From Chrysomallon squamiferum (lineage: Eukaryota > Animalia > Mollusca): a stretch of DNA of 64,000 bases. A model generated the notes under the pieces. The model was not told the DNA's origin, searched no databases, and saw only the letters and a list, made by a program, of their open reading frames with translations. How positions within the stretch are numbered: position 1 is the first letter of the stretch; each line of letters starts with the position of its first letter. Position numbers and translations under genes: made by a program. This document shows positions 24,906 through 36,966 of the stretch, piece after piece. The stretch covers positions 35,588,001-35,652,000 of the forward strand of contig CM022670.1 in assembly GCA_012295275.1 (NCBI GenBank), in the 5' to 3' direction.

Positions 24906-27900
24906 CTAGTTATATTAAATAAATTCATAAGACTATCAAATAAACAAACCTGTACAGGTGGAACGATTTCAGTGAACAGCTTGTGGGTAATCATGTTGTA
25001 GGTGATATTGGTAGCAATTGGTGTCATCACGTGAGTGGTTATGTGAAAAGCAGTTCCAACCTTGGTGACGAAAGCGTCAATATGCATTGAACCACGAACC
25101 TCAACAGCAGCACTGTAGAACAAATATTATTATGATTTTACTGTTGGTTTCACTTCTATGCTTTTTATTTTAAAGTAAAAAAAAAAATCACATTATTTGA
25201 ATAAGGTCGATAAAAAAATTTCAAACTGAGACATGTACCATAACAAATATTTTCATTTCTAACCACTTTAAATAGCATTTGCTCAGTATTATTATTTTTT
25301 TTTTTTTTTAATTGTTGCAATACAAATTTCTATTACAATTTCACAGACAAAATCACAACTTTGAAATGTTTAGTATTAAACGTGGACGTATAAGTAGAAA
25401 CAAGCAAAGATACCTTGTACTCAGTTTAACCATCGCTGTAGCTTCAACTGGAGCCTCTCCTGATCTCCTTGTCTCGAAGATGGAAGGTGTTACTTTGAAA
25501 GCAAGGGAACCGTTGATTCTGAAGGCAGTGGCAACTGACATGGCCATTGTGACTGGCAGACCAGCCTCTGTTGGGAAGATGATGTGTACATCGCCAAGCA
25601 TCAGATTGTCCCTCACGTCCACGGGTTGAGTGATCATCCACTTCTGTTCGTCGAAGGTCGTTGTGATCTTAGCTACAAAACATTGAAATACTGGCTCAGA
25701 ACCTAACTTTTATGTTACCTTGTTAATCTGTAGATTTCGTACATGCCACGAAAAGGTTTGCTTTTGTTTTGTGTTCTTGATTGTCTTTTTTCCAAGTATT
25801 TAAATACTTTTTATTATAAGCCTTATAAGATGATTTTCTGTTTACTTGACATATAAATAATTCTTCTTCAGAGAAATTTCGCGTTTTGTATAAATATGTA
25901 TGATTGTGTTCTACTGCTTTCAGTTTTTCTTAAATGAATCTGTAAATCAAGACTATAAAAAAAAGTGAATTTTTCTTTTAGATTTTTTCAAATCACAGAA
26001 AAAAACTCTATTTTGTCATTCTTTTTATTATGTTATAAATGCCTTTATTAATAATATCCATCATTGTTTCGTCAAATGTGAAGTATCTTAGTTCGTGTCC
26101 AAACAGTTTTATGAACGCGTGTCCTGTAGGAATTGGAAGCTGACGAATGGTTACAGCCAGCTGGAAAAAAAACAAAATTTACATTTTACATTTATTAAAC
26201 TACGGAATGACAACTTAAAACTGAAAAGTTAAATCTAACTGGAAACAGACAAACCGTTTCATTAAAGTCCAGGAGAGGAGAAAGAAACATAACTGCGGCC
26301 AATTTAAATTTTTCTAGATAAGAAATAATGTAGAAATTTCCATCTTAGTGGTTGAAAGTGTATTTTTAAAATGTTATTTCTCCCTTCATGGCAAGTTCCA
26401 TCAACAAAATATGCTTTTGGATTTTTTAGATAAAATACAAAGGGAAAATATAAATAAACTATATATTCATGCATACAATTACAGTACTTTCTGCCATGAT
26501 GACTATATTGTTATTAATATCTTCACTAAGAATCTTCTTTATTGTGGATTATTTTAGATTAAAAATAGTATGATTCACAAATAAGTATAGTTTTCATTAA
26601 GTCTCTGTTATGCCTTTTTAATAATCTCTTGAATTTTCTCTTTTCCGGTAACACTTCTTGGGGTTCTGAGGAGATCGAGAATGGATTTCTTCATAGTAAG
26701 AATACCAGTTGGTCCAATCAGTTTATCAACAACAGCTTCTAGACCCTCAGTGTGATATCCAATCTGAAGAGACAAAAGTGTTCTAATTTTCATTTCATTA
26801 TAATTCATCAACAAAAGACGATTTCATTTCTTAAGTATTTGTTTCAAGAAACGTTTTTACTATTATTTATTGTCAAACGATCGCAACGACTGTAAATTTT
26901 CGAAATGATTGTCGAAGTTTATAAATTTTCTATCTAAATTAAGTTGAATTAGTATAATTCTAGAAACTGTTTTCGTTTTACAGTTTGTTCTAAGTATTCA
27001 TTAATTAACTGGATATCTACCTCAAACATATTAGTGGCTGCGCCAAACGCCTGCACGTTAAAAACAGTACTGAGAGAAGCAGGGAGGACAGTCGAAGGTG
27101 ATCCAATTGTAGCAACGTCCATGAAGGCGAATATCTTCAGATAATCTATTTTTAAAATAATAAAACAGAGACAATGAACGTGCATTTTTACATTAGTAAG
27201 GGACAGAGAAAAAGTCTAAATATTTACAAGCACTAACTACGAAACACGTCACATAAAATACAAATTATAAACAGTTACACACACAGGCACGCGAACGCGC
27301 ACAAACATATACGAATCATACGTAAATATATACCCACGTCAGCACCCAAACACTTATCACCCACACATATTCGGAATATATACATATAAACACATAAAGT
27401 ATTAGTTTATTAATATAAACATTATATAACATTTATTAGATGCGAAAAATGATTTTTGCATATCGACAATGCGTGAAAGGAAACCCGCTTATACTCTTAT
27501 CGATTACAGTTACGTATCTTTTAAAGGCACATTCACATAGAGTAAAAATTACATTCCACTGCCTTTGATAAATAGGTGAAAATTATTGGTTTTAATGTAC
27601 TATATCAGCGGAAGGGTCGAAAATGGCTGACATTACGGAACTTAGAGTTATAGATAAAAGGAATATGATTTATATACCATTGTGTGTCATTGTGATACGG
27701 CTGAATGTCGAGTACAGGAAACCAGGATCGACCTTGGGAGCGTACTGCAGAGCAATAGAGCAATTCTTAGTGCTGAAAAGCATAATGAAATACAATTGTA
27801 TCATTTCCGAAACATCCAACACAGCATGCGATGTTGTTCCTTTGAGAAAGTTGACAATTAATGAACGCTTAAGAAAATAACAGATATATCACTCGTATTT

Positions 27901-30776
27901 ATTATAAGAGATTACAGTTATAATTATCATCATCTTTGTATTTTTATCATCACCATCATCATCATATTTGATTTTTCTTGCTAGAAGTTAGCAGAACTAT
28001 ATCTGTAAATCAAATAAATCTTCATTCAGTATTACAGTCATACTGATGATGATTCTAAAGCTTTATTTTTCAATCTGTTGTACAAAACCACCACACTTAC
28101 TGGAGCTGGAAACACGGGTGGGTGCTGTTGGCCATGCTCTGCATGTAGGCGTAGATGTAAGAGGCTACTTGGATGTCTTTTTCGTGGTGCAGAGATTTGG
28201 CAATGGATTCAACGACCCAGATTTCTGGTTTCGTGTCCATAACGATGGTGAAAGCTGCGATTCTCATTGATGCCATTACCATTGGGTCCACGACAACAGG
28301 ACGAACGACTTCTCTTACCTGAAGTGACAAAGATAAAAAATAACTAATTTATGTAAATCAGCATTCATAGAAATATAGATAGTTGTATTGATTTAAATGG
28401 TTTTGTCGCGTCCATATTACTTTTGTCAACATTTGTTTTGTTCTGTGAGGTTGTTGTTGTTTTTGTTTTGTTTTCTTTTTTTCTTTTCTTTTCTTTTCTT
28501 TCTTGTTGTTGCTGTTGTTTGATCATTTAGAAGGCGCAAAGTATTGGTGTTTACCAGCATTGGATGTCTAGTGGCAATTCTTCTAAGAGCGAAGATGGCG
28601 TTCACGCGAACAATTTCTGGCATTGTTGGGTTGAAAATAACTTCCTCAACATGAGGCAAAGTCTCCTTCAGTCCAGCGTTTCCAATCATTTTGATTCCCA
28701 GCAGTTTCTCATCGGCTTGAACCTTGGCCAGCTGATTCCTTGCAAGCTGAAGTGCACAAATGTTAATGCTAATGTAGTTAATGTGTGAAATATTTTACCT
28801 TTATTAATGTTAAAGTAATGTTAGGTTAAATATGAAATACTTGAAAGCGTGAAAACAATTTCACATTTATCAGTGTTAATAAGATTAAATATTTTATATT
28901 CATAAAGCTGTATAATATATTTAGGCTGTTAAATAGTTTTTTAACACTGTTAGGATGGTGCTCCAGTTTACACCTGTCAACAAACAATGGTGAATACATT
29001 AAATATATTGTGTCATTTAACGATTTTAGATATAATGATTAATAACACAAACTCCTAAATATTTATTCATTAATATTTATCCTGGCCGTATTAATAGATA
29101 TAAGAAAAGTTTCTTTATAACTGTTAAGTTCAGTCCATTTCCTTTTCGACAGTCTTCTGCTTTCGTCTTTGTCTAAATGTGTTGACTGTTAAATAAAGTA
29201 AATGTATGACAAGCATTGTTATCGTATTCTGTTCTACGATAAATTCACTTTACCTCAACAATCTGTCTTGTAATCTGAGTGTAGAGGGTGTTCAGCTGTG
29301 CTTCGGTTTCTTCCATGGCAGTCTTCATCAGGTGTAGTTCCTTCTTGGATTTTTCTGTGCCTTGCTGGATGATCTGCTCGATTACTGGTATCTGTTTCAT
29401 GACCTTTTCAATTTCGATGTAGTAGTTTTGTACCATCTTGTTCGTGATGACGCCAATGGTGAGGAAGACGGCTCGCTTCCACTGAACATTCATTGTCATG
29501 GTTGGGCCAGTTGCTATTTTCTGAAAGTTAATACACGATCAACTTTGGTAGCTTTGTCTTTCCTAGTTATTAAATTTCAAAAACAAAAGTTTTGAAAAGT
29601 AATAGATGGGGAAATTTTATTTTCATGTTTTGTCGTGTAAACTATGAAATATTCCTCTTTTTGTTAAATTTCCAATATAAAACAATATTATAAACAATGT
29701 TGAACTGATCAATACATTTTATATAAGATTCTGTGTCTAGAAAATTTAATAAATCCATTTCATAGTTATGGTTATTAATGCAATAGCTTCACTGTGCGAT
29801 TGCTAACAGTTTCTAAACATTTAGAGGTGAACTATTTCATTATACAAGCTGTAAAATAAAAGTACTTTTAAAAAACATACAATAAGAGTATTGAAGACTT
29901 CCACACTCGGTTCGGCGGTCAGAGCCAAGGCATTGACAATGTTGGCGCATGTTGTCAGTGGAACCATTTGTTTAACGCAGGATGCCAGGATAACCTTGCA
30001 AACAGGAACTGATCCAGCAATGGGCATCGTTGTCCACAATACTTTCCTGTAAATAAATCATATTTATTACGTAAAGCTCTTTAGTGTTATAACACGATGA
30101 TAAAAAGTGACTTAAATCTAAGGTCAAAGATTTAAGGAGTGGAACTCTTACGTTGAAATGCTGTAACAAGACGTCGACAACTGTCTTTGGTTATCTTGTT
30201 CCACGAAGATATATCTTTTCCGAGATTAACAAATAGGCTTTGTTTCTATGTTTTACCTGATATTGGCTTCCAGAGCAGTTTCAGTTGTGGTTGGGATTCC
30301 ATATCTTGTCCAGACGTCTGTGATGACGGTTTCGTTCACGTTGCGCAGAACATTGACGAGGACAATTGGATATTCTGTAGCCTCGACTGGTACAGTTTCT
30401 GTCAAAATCTGAGCGGCCACCTTCAGCAAAGTCTCAACCTGTTAAAGAATATTAGAAACAGAGCTTCACCGCTATGCCTGTTCTTTAAAGATATTTTTAT
30501 GTAAGGAAAACAGTTTGAAAAATATGTGTTATAGTTCACCATTTCTACGTTTATTTCTATAAATCAGGTAACAGATACTAAGAAATACTTCATAAAATCA
30601 AATAAAGAAAGAAAGAAAGACCAGCTAGACATTTTAAAGAATAAGAAAGCCTGAATGTTGCATAACATATTTTTAAAAACAGGTTATCTTTATGCATTCG
30701 ATATGTATTTTAAATCGTATATCATTTTAAAACTTACTTACCCATTTATTTATTTATGTTATTTTATCTTTTATTA

Positions 30777-30838
<62 letters not shown>

Positions 30839-32369
30839 GGTTCACTTATTTCTTTCACTAATTTCGTTTTAAGAAATATTTCTCACGTGTTCGGCTGTGT
30901 AGTTGACAACACCAAACATGGGTCGCATGACCTCCTTGCTGATCTGCTCGCCGAAAGGAACTGTGGGATCGCGCACATACTCAGGAATGAAAGTCACGAT
31001 GCTTCTGACAGTGGCTTTGCCTGTCGGAATACTTTCAATCGGTGTCGACTGTCTAATATCCTTGGCGTCAAACAGATGCAAAGTTTGACTGTCAGAAAAT
31101 AAAAGGAAAAGGTGGATTTTATAGATATATTTATTCATATAATTATTCTTAATTAAAAGGTACTACTAGTAGTAATAGTAGCATGACTATTATTTTTTTT
31201 ATTACTAATACTACCATTATTATTATTATTGATATTTGTATTACAGTCATCATCATCGTCATTGCTACTACTGTAACTACTATTACTACTATTGTTGTTG
31301 CTGTTGCTGTTGTTGTTTTTATTACAACAGAGGTTGCTGTTGATGAGAACATACTTAATAAATGTTGTCACTCGTCCTTTCTCGGGTGTGTATGGAATGA
31401 AGCTGTAGTGACTCTCCACCATCGCACTGGTAATGAGGAATTTGTTCATGGTTCCAAGCATCGTGTACGTTACTTGAGCTGCCTCCGTGATTGGCTCATT
31501 CTGATTGCATAAATAAATGTATGGCTTAGGTTAAACCGTGAATAGTTAAGTACCTTTACATAAACACTTAACACATTTTGAAAAAACCCTCTGCAGTCGT
31601 TACGTGGACTTCTCTTTTATATTCATATTTCAATAGACTTGACAGTATACACCACGTTCTTTAATTAGCCAGCATTTACGAAAAGGTTGTAATGAGAAAA
31701 GTATCATATTTTTTAAGTGAGTATCGCCTGAAATAGCCTGATGAATAAATCAGGTCATATTAGATATAATTATATATTATGACTATAATGAACAAAGTAA
31801 ACTCTAGAATATTTTATTATCATCATCGTCATCATCATCATCATCATTATTATTATTACTGATTTTGTTATTATCTTTTTTTAAGTAAGAAAGAAGAAGG
31901 TTAAATAAAAGATTCAGAATCATTATAAAATGAAGTCTGAGCTTATTATACTCTTTAGTTTTAATATATATAGATATAGATATATATATATTTAAACAGC
32001 TTACCATCTCAGAAACACACTCGGAGCACCTGAAAGCATTGATCATCGTCTTGAACCAAACTGGTCGCGAGTGACAGTTCTGGAAGTTTCGGACTTTAAC
32101 CACTTTCATGGCATTAGGAACCTCTTTGATTGGAATTACTGTGTATTCTGTCTCACACATACCAGAGGCAGTTGTCTGAAACGTATTAGTTACTGCATTA
32201 TTCATAAAGTCGCAAGATAAAAATGTTTGTGAATTGCTATATTATAATATAATCATCATAATTAAATTATAAAAAAAAAAAAAAAATATTGTTATTCTTT
32301 AAGTCATGAGAAAATATATTAGTGATCATTATGATAAAATTAATTAATTTTTATTATTATTATTCTTTA

Positions 32370-32444
<75 letters not shown>

Positions 32445-35204
32445 AATCCTAGGATAAAATGGTGGCAGATGTAAAATTATAATCATTTTTTTTATTATTA
32501 TTACTACCCTTTACAAAATATCGTCATATCGTCATTGCAATTATGTATATTTAACCTTTCATAGTTAATTATTTCTTGAATTATTTATAAACATTGCTAT
32601 GTATTTAGTATGCTGGTGACTAGTTTCTAATGTGCTTAATAACGTAAGAAATGGTAAAGATCAGTGAAAACGCTTCGAGTAACCAATAAGGATTCAGCAC
32701 AGTACAGCCTAGCACACAACAGAGCACAACACTGCGTCTGACGTTATAAGGAGAACGTTGACGTTTTTGTTGTCTTTGTTGCTTTCTTGTTGATGTTATT
32801 TGGTGCTGTGTTGTTGCTGTTGTTATTTTGTTCTTGGTGTGTTTTTTATTGTTGTTGTTGCTGTTGTTGTTGTTGTTTCGTTGCTGCTATTGTTGTTTTA
32901 CTTCTTACCTCAAAAGCTCTGAACATGGTGGCACCGAAAGGACTATGGGTCTTTGGCTGAGTGACCATTTTCTGTTTGGTGTTTACTTCGAAGATGCTGA
33001 TCAGACCTCTCTTGATGTTCACTGACCAATGAGGATCTTCCGTCATTGTCCTGATGTTGCTCACGTGTCCCCGAGTGTATCTGCAGCATTTAAAAATAAT
33101 TCTTAAGCCGGATTTGAAAAAATTGCCTCAGTAACATTGAAACTTTGATTTCAGAATTATTTTCGTTATCATTTAAAGCTTTGATTAGCAAATTCCTCTT
33201 ATTTAGACATTTTCTCAAAACCTCTGTAACGCTGTTTTTAAAAAAAATATATATGTTTTAAAAATATATCTCATTAATATTTAAAATTCCTAAGATATGT
33301 TATATAAATTCTTAATTTCATATTCGTTTTGAATCGTCGATTTACAAGTATAGAAATTAATTTAACAACGTTCACGATCTTAATGACGTCTACTAATCTA
33401 AATAATTAATTTCTCATGCTGCCTTAAAACCAAACGACGTTTTCCTCTGTTATTAACAACAATGGGCTCGTATTACTTACTCAAACGTGACTGGCCACGT
33501 CAGTGGCATAATGAGGGTGTCGTCGAACACGGGATCAAGGATGCTGTCAGGCAAGATCTGTCTGGTTGGATCTGCCATCATCACCGCCTCGTTGATCTTG
33601 TACAGCTGAACAGACTCAAGCTGAAAAACACACGTTTAGATATTCAACGTAATTACTCAGGATACTTCGGTTGTTAGATGCCGAGTTATCGAATATTTAA
33701 TATGGTGTGTAGAAAGTAAAGTATGAAGATATGAAAATCTATTTTGGGACTCGATAACAGTTTTTATTATTATTATTATTTTATTATTATTATTATTATT
33801 ATTATTAATACAACTATATTTATTTATTCATTAGAATTTTGTTTTTTTTTTCTTTCCATTATTATTTGATTTAATTATTATTGTTTTTAAAAATAATAAT
33901 ATGACTTCTAATTCAAAATTTCTTTCACGTTAAATATAAAATAGGGATACGATATAAAATACATTTATGACTCAGTTAAAAGAAACGTGAAACAAATCTA
34001 CTGTCACGTAAAAGTTTATATCTTGTGAAATGTAATCCAAAAATCACTTACATTTTAAAGAATGAATCATTACTACGTGTATTATTAACATCTTCTTAGC
34101 AGAGATTTTCAGAATAGATATTTTTACTCACCTGTACCCTGACGACCGCGGCAGTGTGGAATTGTACCCGTGCAAATGCTTTAATTTTCAGTCCAGCATA
34201 AACTTTGCTTAATCCGGGCAATCCTGAGACAGTTTGAGTTTCATACTGGTAGACATATTCCCGCTGGGGTTTGAAAGCTGCAATAATTCGATAGCTGTAT
34301 TATAATTCGCGATAAAATTTATTTTAGATCTTGGGGAAATACAGATACTGTTTTTGAAAAGAGATATTGGATATTCTTTTTACATTTTTGTTTTCTAAAA
34401 GTAATTTATAAAAAAAAAAAAAATGTTATTGTTCGTTTCTTTTTTTTTCCTTTTTTTTAATGATTATTTTTTTCTAAATTAAAACAGAAATAATGTGATA
34501 ATCATATAGAAATAGAACAGAAAAGTTTTTTTTTTTTTCAGAATAGAAAAGAAAAACATTTGACAAAAATGTGTATTTAATTTATTCAATATTTATATTA
34601 TTTTTATTTATTATTTTATTTGTTTGTTTTTGTTTGTTTTGTTTTTTGTTTATTTATTTATTTTATTTAATAAAATGATTTAATTATTTAAAATAAACTA
34701 ATTAATCTTATATACTTACAGTTCTCGACCAGCCGCGTTGCTGGAAAATAAAATTATAAACATAAACAACACAAAATGTATTTTTAAAATGCTTAAATTT
34801 CAACAATAGATTAAATACATGTAAAAATACAACACAAAATATATTTTAAAATGCTTAAATTTCAACAATAGATTATATACATGTAAAAATACAAAACAAA
34901 ATATTTGTCCACATAAATTTAAATTTCATCATTAAATTATAAATATACCAATACAACACAAAAAAAAATATTTTTCCTAAGCTTAAATTTCAACATTAGA
35001 AAAATAAACTTAAAAATCATTGATATTTATTTTCAGTTATGGAACTGAGATCCTTACAAGGTATTCCTTTGTTCCACTATTTGAAGATATTAAAAGCAAC
35101 AACTTTGTATATTGCAACTTTTTTTTATCAGTGTTGGGGTTTCTTATTATTATTATTATTATTTGACTGATATAAAAGAAAAATTTCATACTCAATAATA
35201 TACA

Positions 35205-35266
<62 letters not shown>

Positions 35267-35980
35267 TTTAGAATATTATTTTGATTAAACGTAATAGAGA
35301 TAACAAATTTCGCAAGCAAAACGTGAAATAAATTCAAAAATAAATCGTACAAACAGAATAGCATTTTCGTCAACATTCAAAAGAAAAGGTTACATTATTC
35401 ATAAATAATTTCAGGATTAATAATTTAATTGTATGCATCCTCTCAACATTAATTACATAAGAAATATTTAAATAAGGTATTGACTTTTTTTATGTATATA
35501 TATTTCTAATGCTGCATTTATTTACTTCCTTTTTTTTTTCTCTTTTTTTTGTCATTCGAAGATTTTTCTATTCTTTTTTGTTTTTTCTTTTTGATTTATA
35601 TTATTAGTTAAATTGTGAGTTTTTAGGTGATAAACAATTTATCTTTTATTTGTTTTGTTTGGGTTTTGGGGTTTTTTTTAGCAGTCAAATAAATGTTAGC
35701 AAAGCAAAAAAGTATATTATATTTTAAAATTTAACTTATACACATTTTTTTTTTTTTTTTTTTTTTAAAACCCTTTATTATTTACTAGATGTCAGTTTCC
35801 TCAGATTATTTAACGATACAAATTACAAGGTATGATAAATATCTATTGTAAATAAGAAATTAATTTAAAAAAAAAAAAGAAAAAAAAAAAAGAATCGAAT
35901 AAATCACTAAATAAAATAGCATAAAATCAGAACTTACCAGCGAAGCCGAGGAAAACGGCAAGAAGAGTCAATCGCAGCAT
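16869..35980 (-). pseudogene. Vtg: Full-length vitellogenin / large lipid transfer protein gene (~30 exons, roughly 2400 codons), disrupted as assembled
   Basis: Signal-peptide exon MLRLTLLAVFLGFA (35938-35980), 21-nt exon 2 (34720-34740), and exon 3 FKPQREYVYQYETQTVSGLP. Vitellogenin_N motifs WSVNIKRGLISIF, SGMCETEY, MIGNAGL, RVNAIFALRR, RIAAFTIVM and QVASYIY; DUF1943-type IKLFGHELRY; VWD at the C-terminus. Lesions relative to copy A: +1 nt at 22591, a 22-nt deletion near 17467, and TGA at 17022-17024. Confidence 0.8.
34750..35005. repeat. ~58-60-bp tandem repeat, about 4 degenerate copies, in vitellogenin intron 1
   Basis: The unit CAACACAAAATATATTTTAAAATGCTTAAATTTCAACAATAGATTA recurs. Confidence 0.75.
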
Positions 35981-36022
35981 GGTGCAACTGACGCTGTAGC
36001 GCGGTCGAGCAAAGACGTCTCC

Positions 36023-36029
36023 TTTTATA
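36023..36029 (-). promoter_or_regulatory. TATA box of the vitellogenin-like gene
   Basis: TATAAAA on the minus strand, 43 nt upstream of the ATG. An Inr-like TCAGTT lies at 35986-35991. Confidence 0.7.
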
Positions 36030-36053
36030 TCACAAAAGATGTGCCGATGTCGT

Positions 36054-36063
36054 GGAAATTCCC
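36054..36063 (-). promoter_or_regulatory. NF-kB/Rel binding site
   Basis: GGGAATTTCC on the minus strand, an exact match to GGGRNWYYCC, about 25 nt upstream of the TATA box. Confidence 0.5.
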
Positions 36064-36099
36064 ACCCCCCAAAAAAAAAAAAAAAAAAAATTAGTAAAC

Positions 36100-36145
<46 letters not shown>

Positions 36146-36337
36146 TGGTACTTATTTTTCTAATGTGCATGTTTAGGGCAACACCTATAATGAACCGATG
36201 TACGTTAGTTCACGTGTCTTTTTTTTTTTTTTTGACAGATGATCTGTGTATGTTAGTGCATGAGTGAGATTGCCCGTTACATACGATAACAATAATAGTA
36301 ATAATAATAACAATAATAATAAATACAGAACACACAG

Positions 36338-36369
<32 letters not shown>

Positions 36370-36865
36370 ACACATATACAACGAAACTGGAAGAAAATAG
36401 TAGCAGTAGTAATAGCAGCATAGTAGTCCTAGCAGTAACATAATTCTTGTTGTCATTGTGGTTCTCGATGATGATGTTATTTTTATTTTTACTCTTTTTC
36501 ATGTTTTTATTTTGTTCTGGTCTGTTGTTGTTTGGTTTGATTTAGTTTTGTGATGGGGTTTATTTTGTGTTTTTGGGGGGGTTTCGTTGTTGTTTTTTGT
36601 TTGTGTGTGGGTTTTTTGTGGGGGGTGTTTTGTTTTGAGTTCTGTTATTTGAGGGGGGTTTCAGTGGTGTTTGTTATTTCGTTCATTTAATCTTTTCTTT
36701 TGTTCGCAGTTTTATGGTATTTATTTATTTTATTTTATTTTACTTTTTACTTTTAGTTATTTGTTGTTGTTTTTTTGTTTTCTGTTTTATTAATTTTTAT
36801 TTCTTTAGTTAATTAATATGTTTGGTATTTTTGTAAAATTTGTTAAACTTCTTGATTTAGCACAT

Positions 36866-36966
<101 letters not shown>

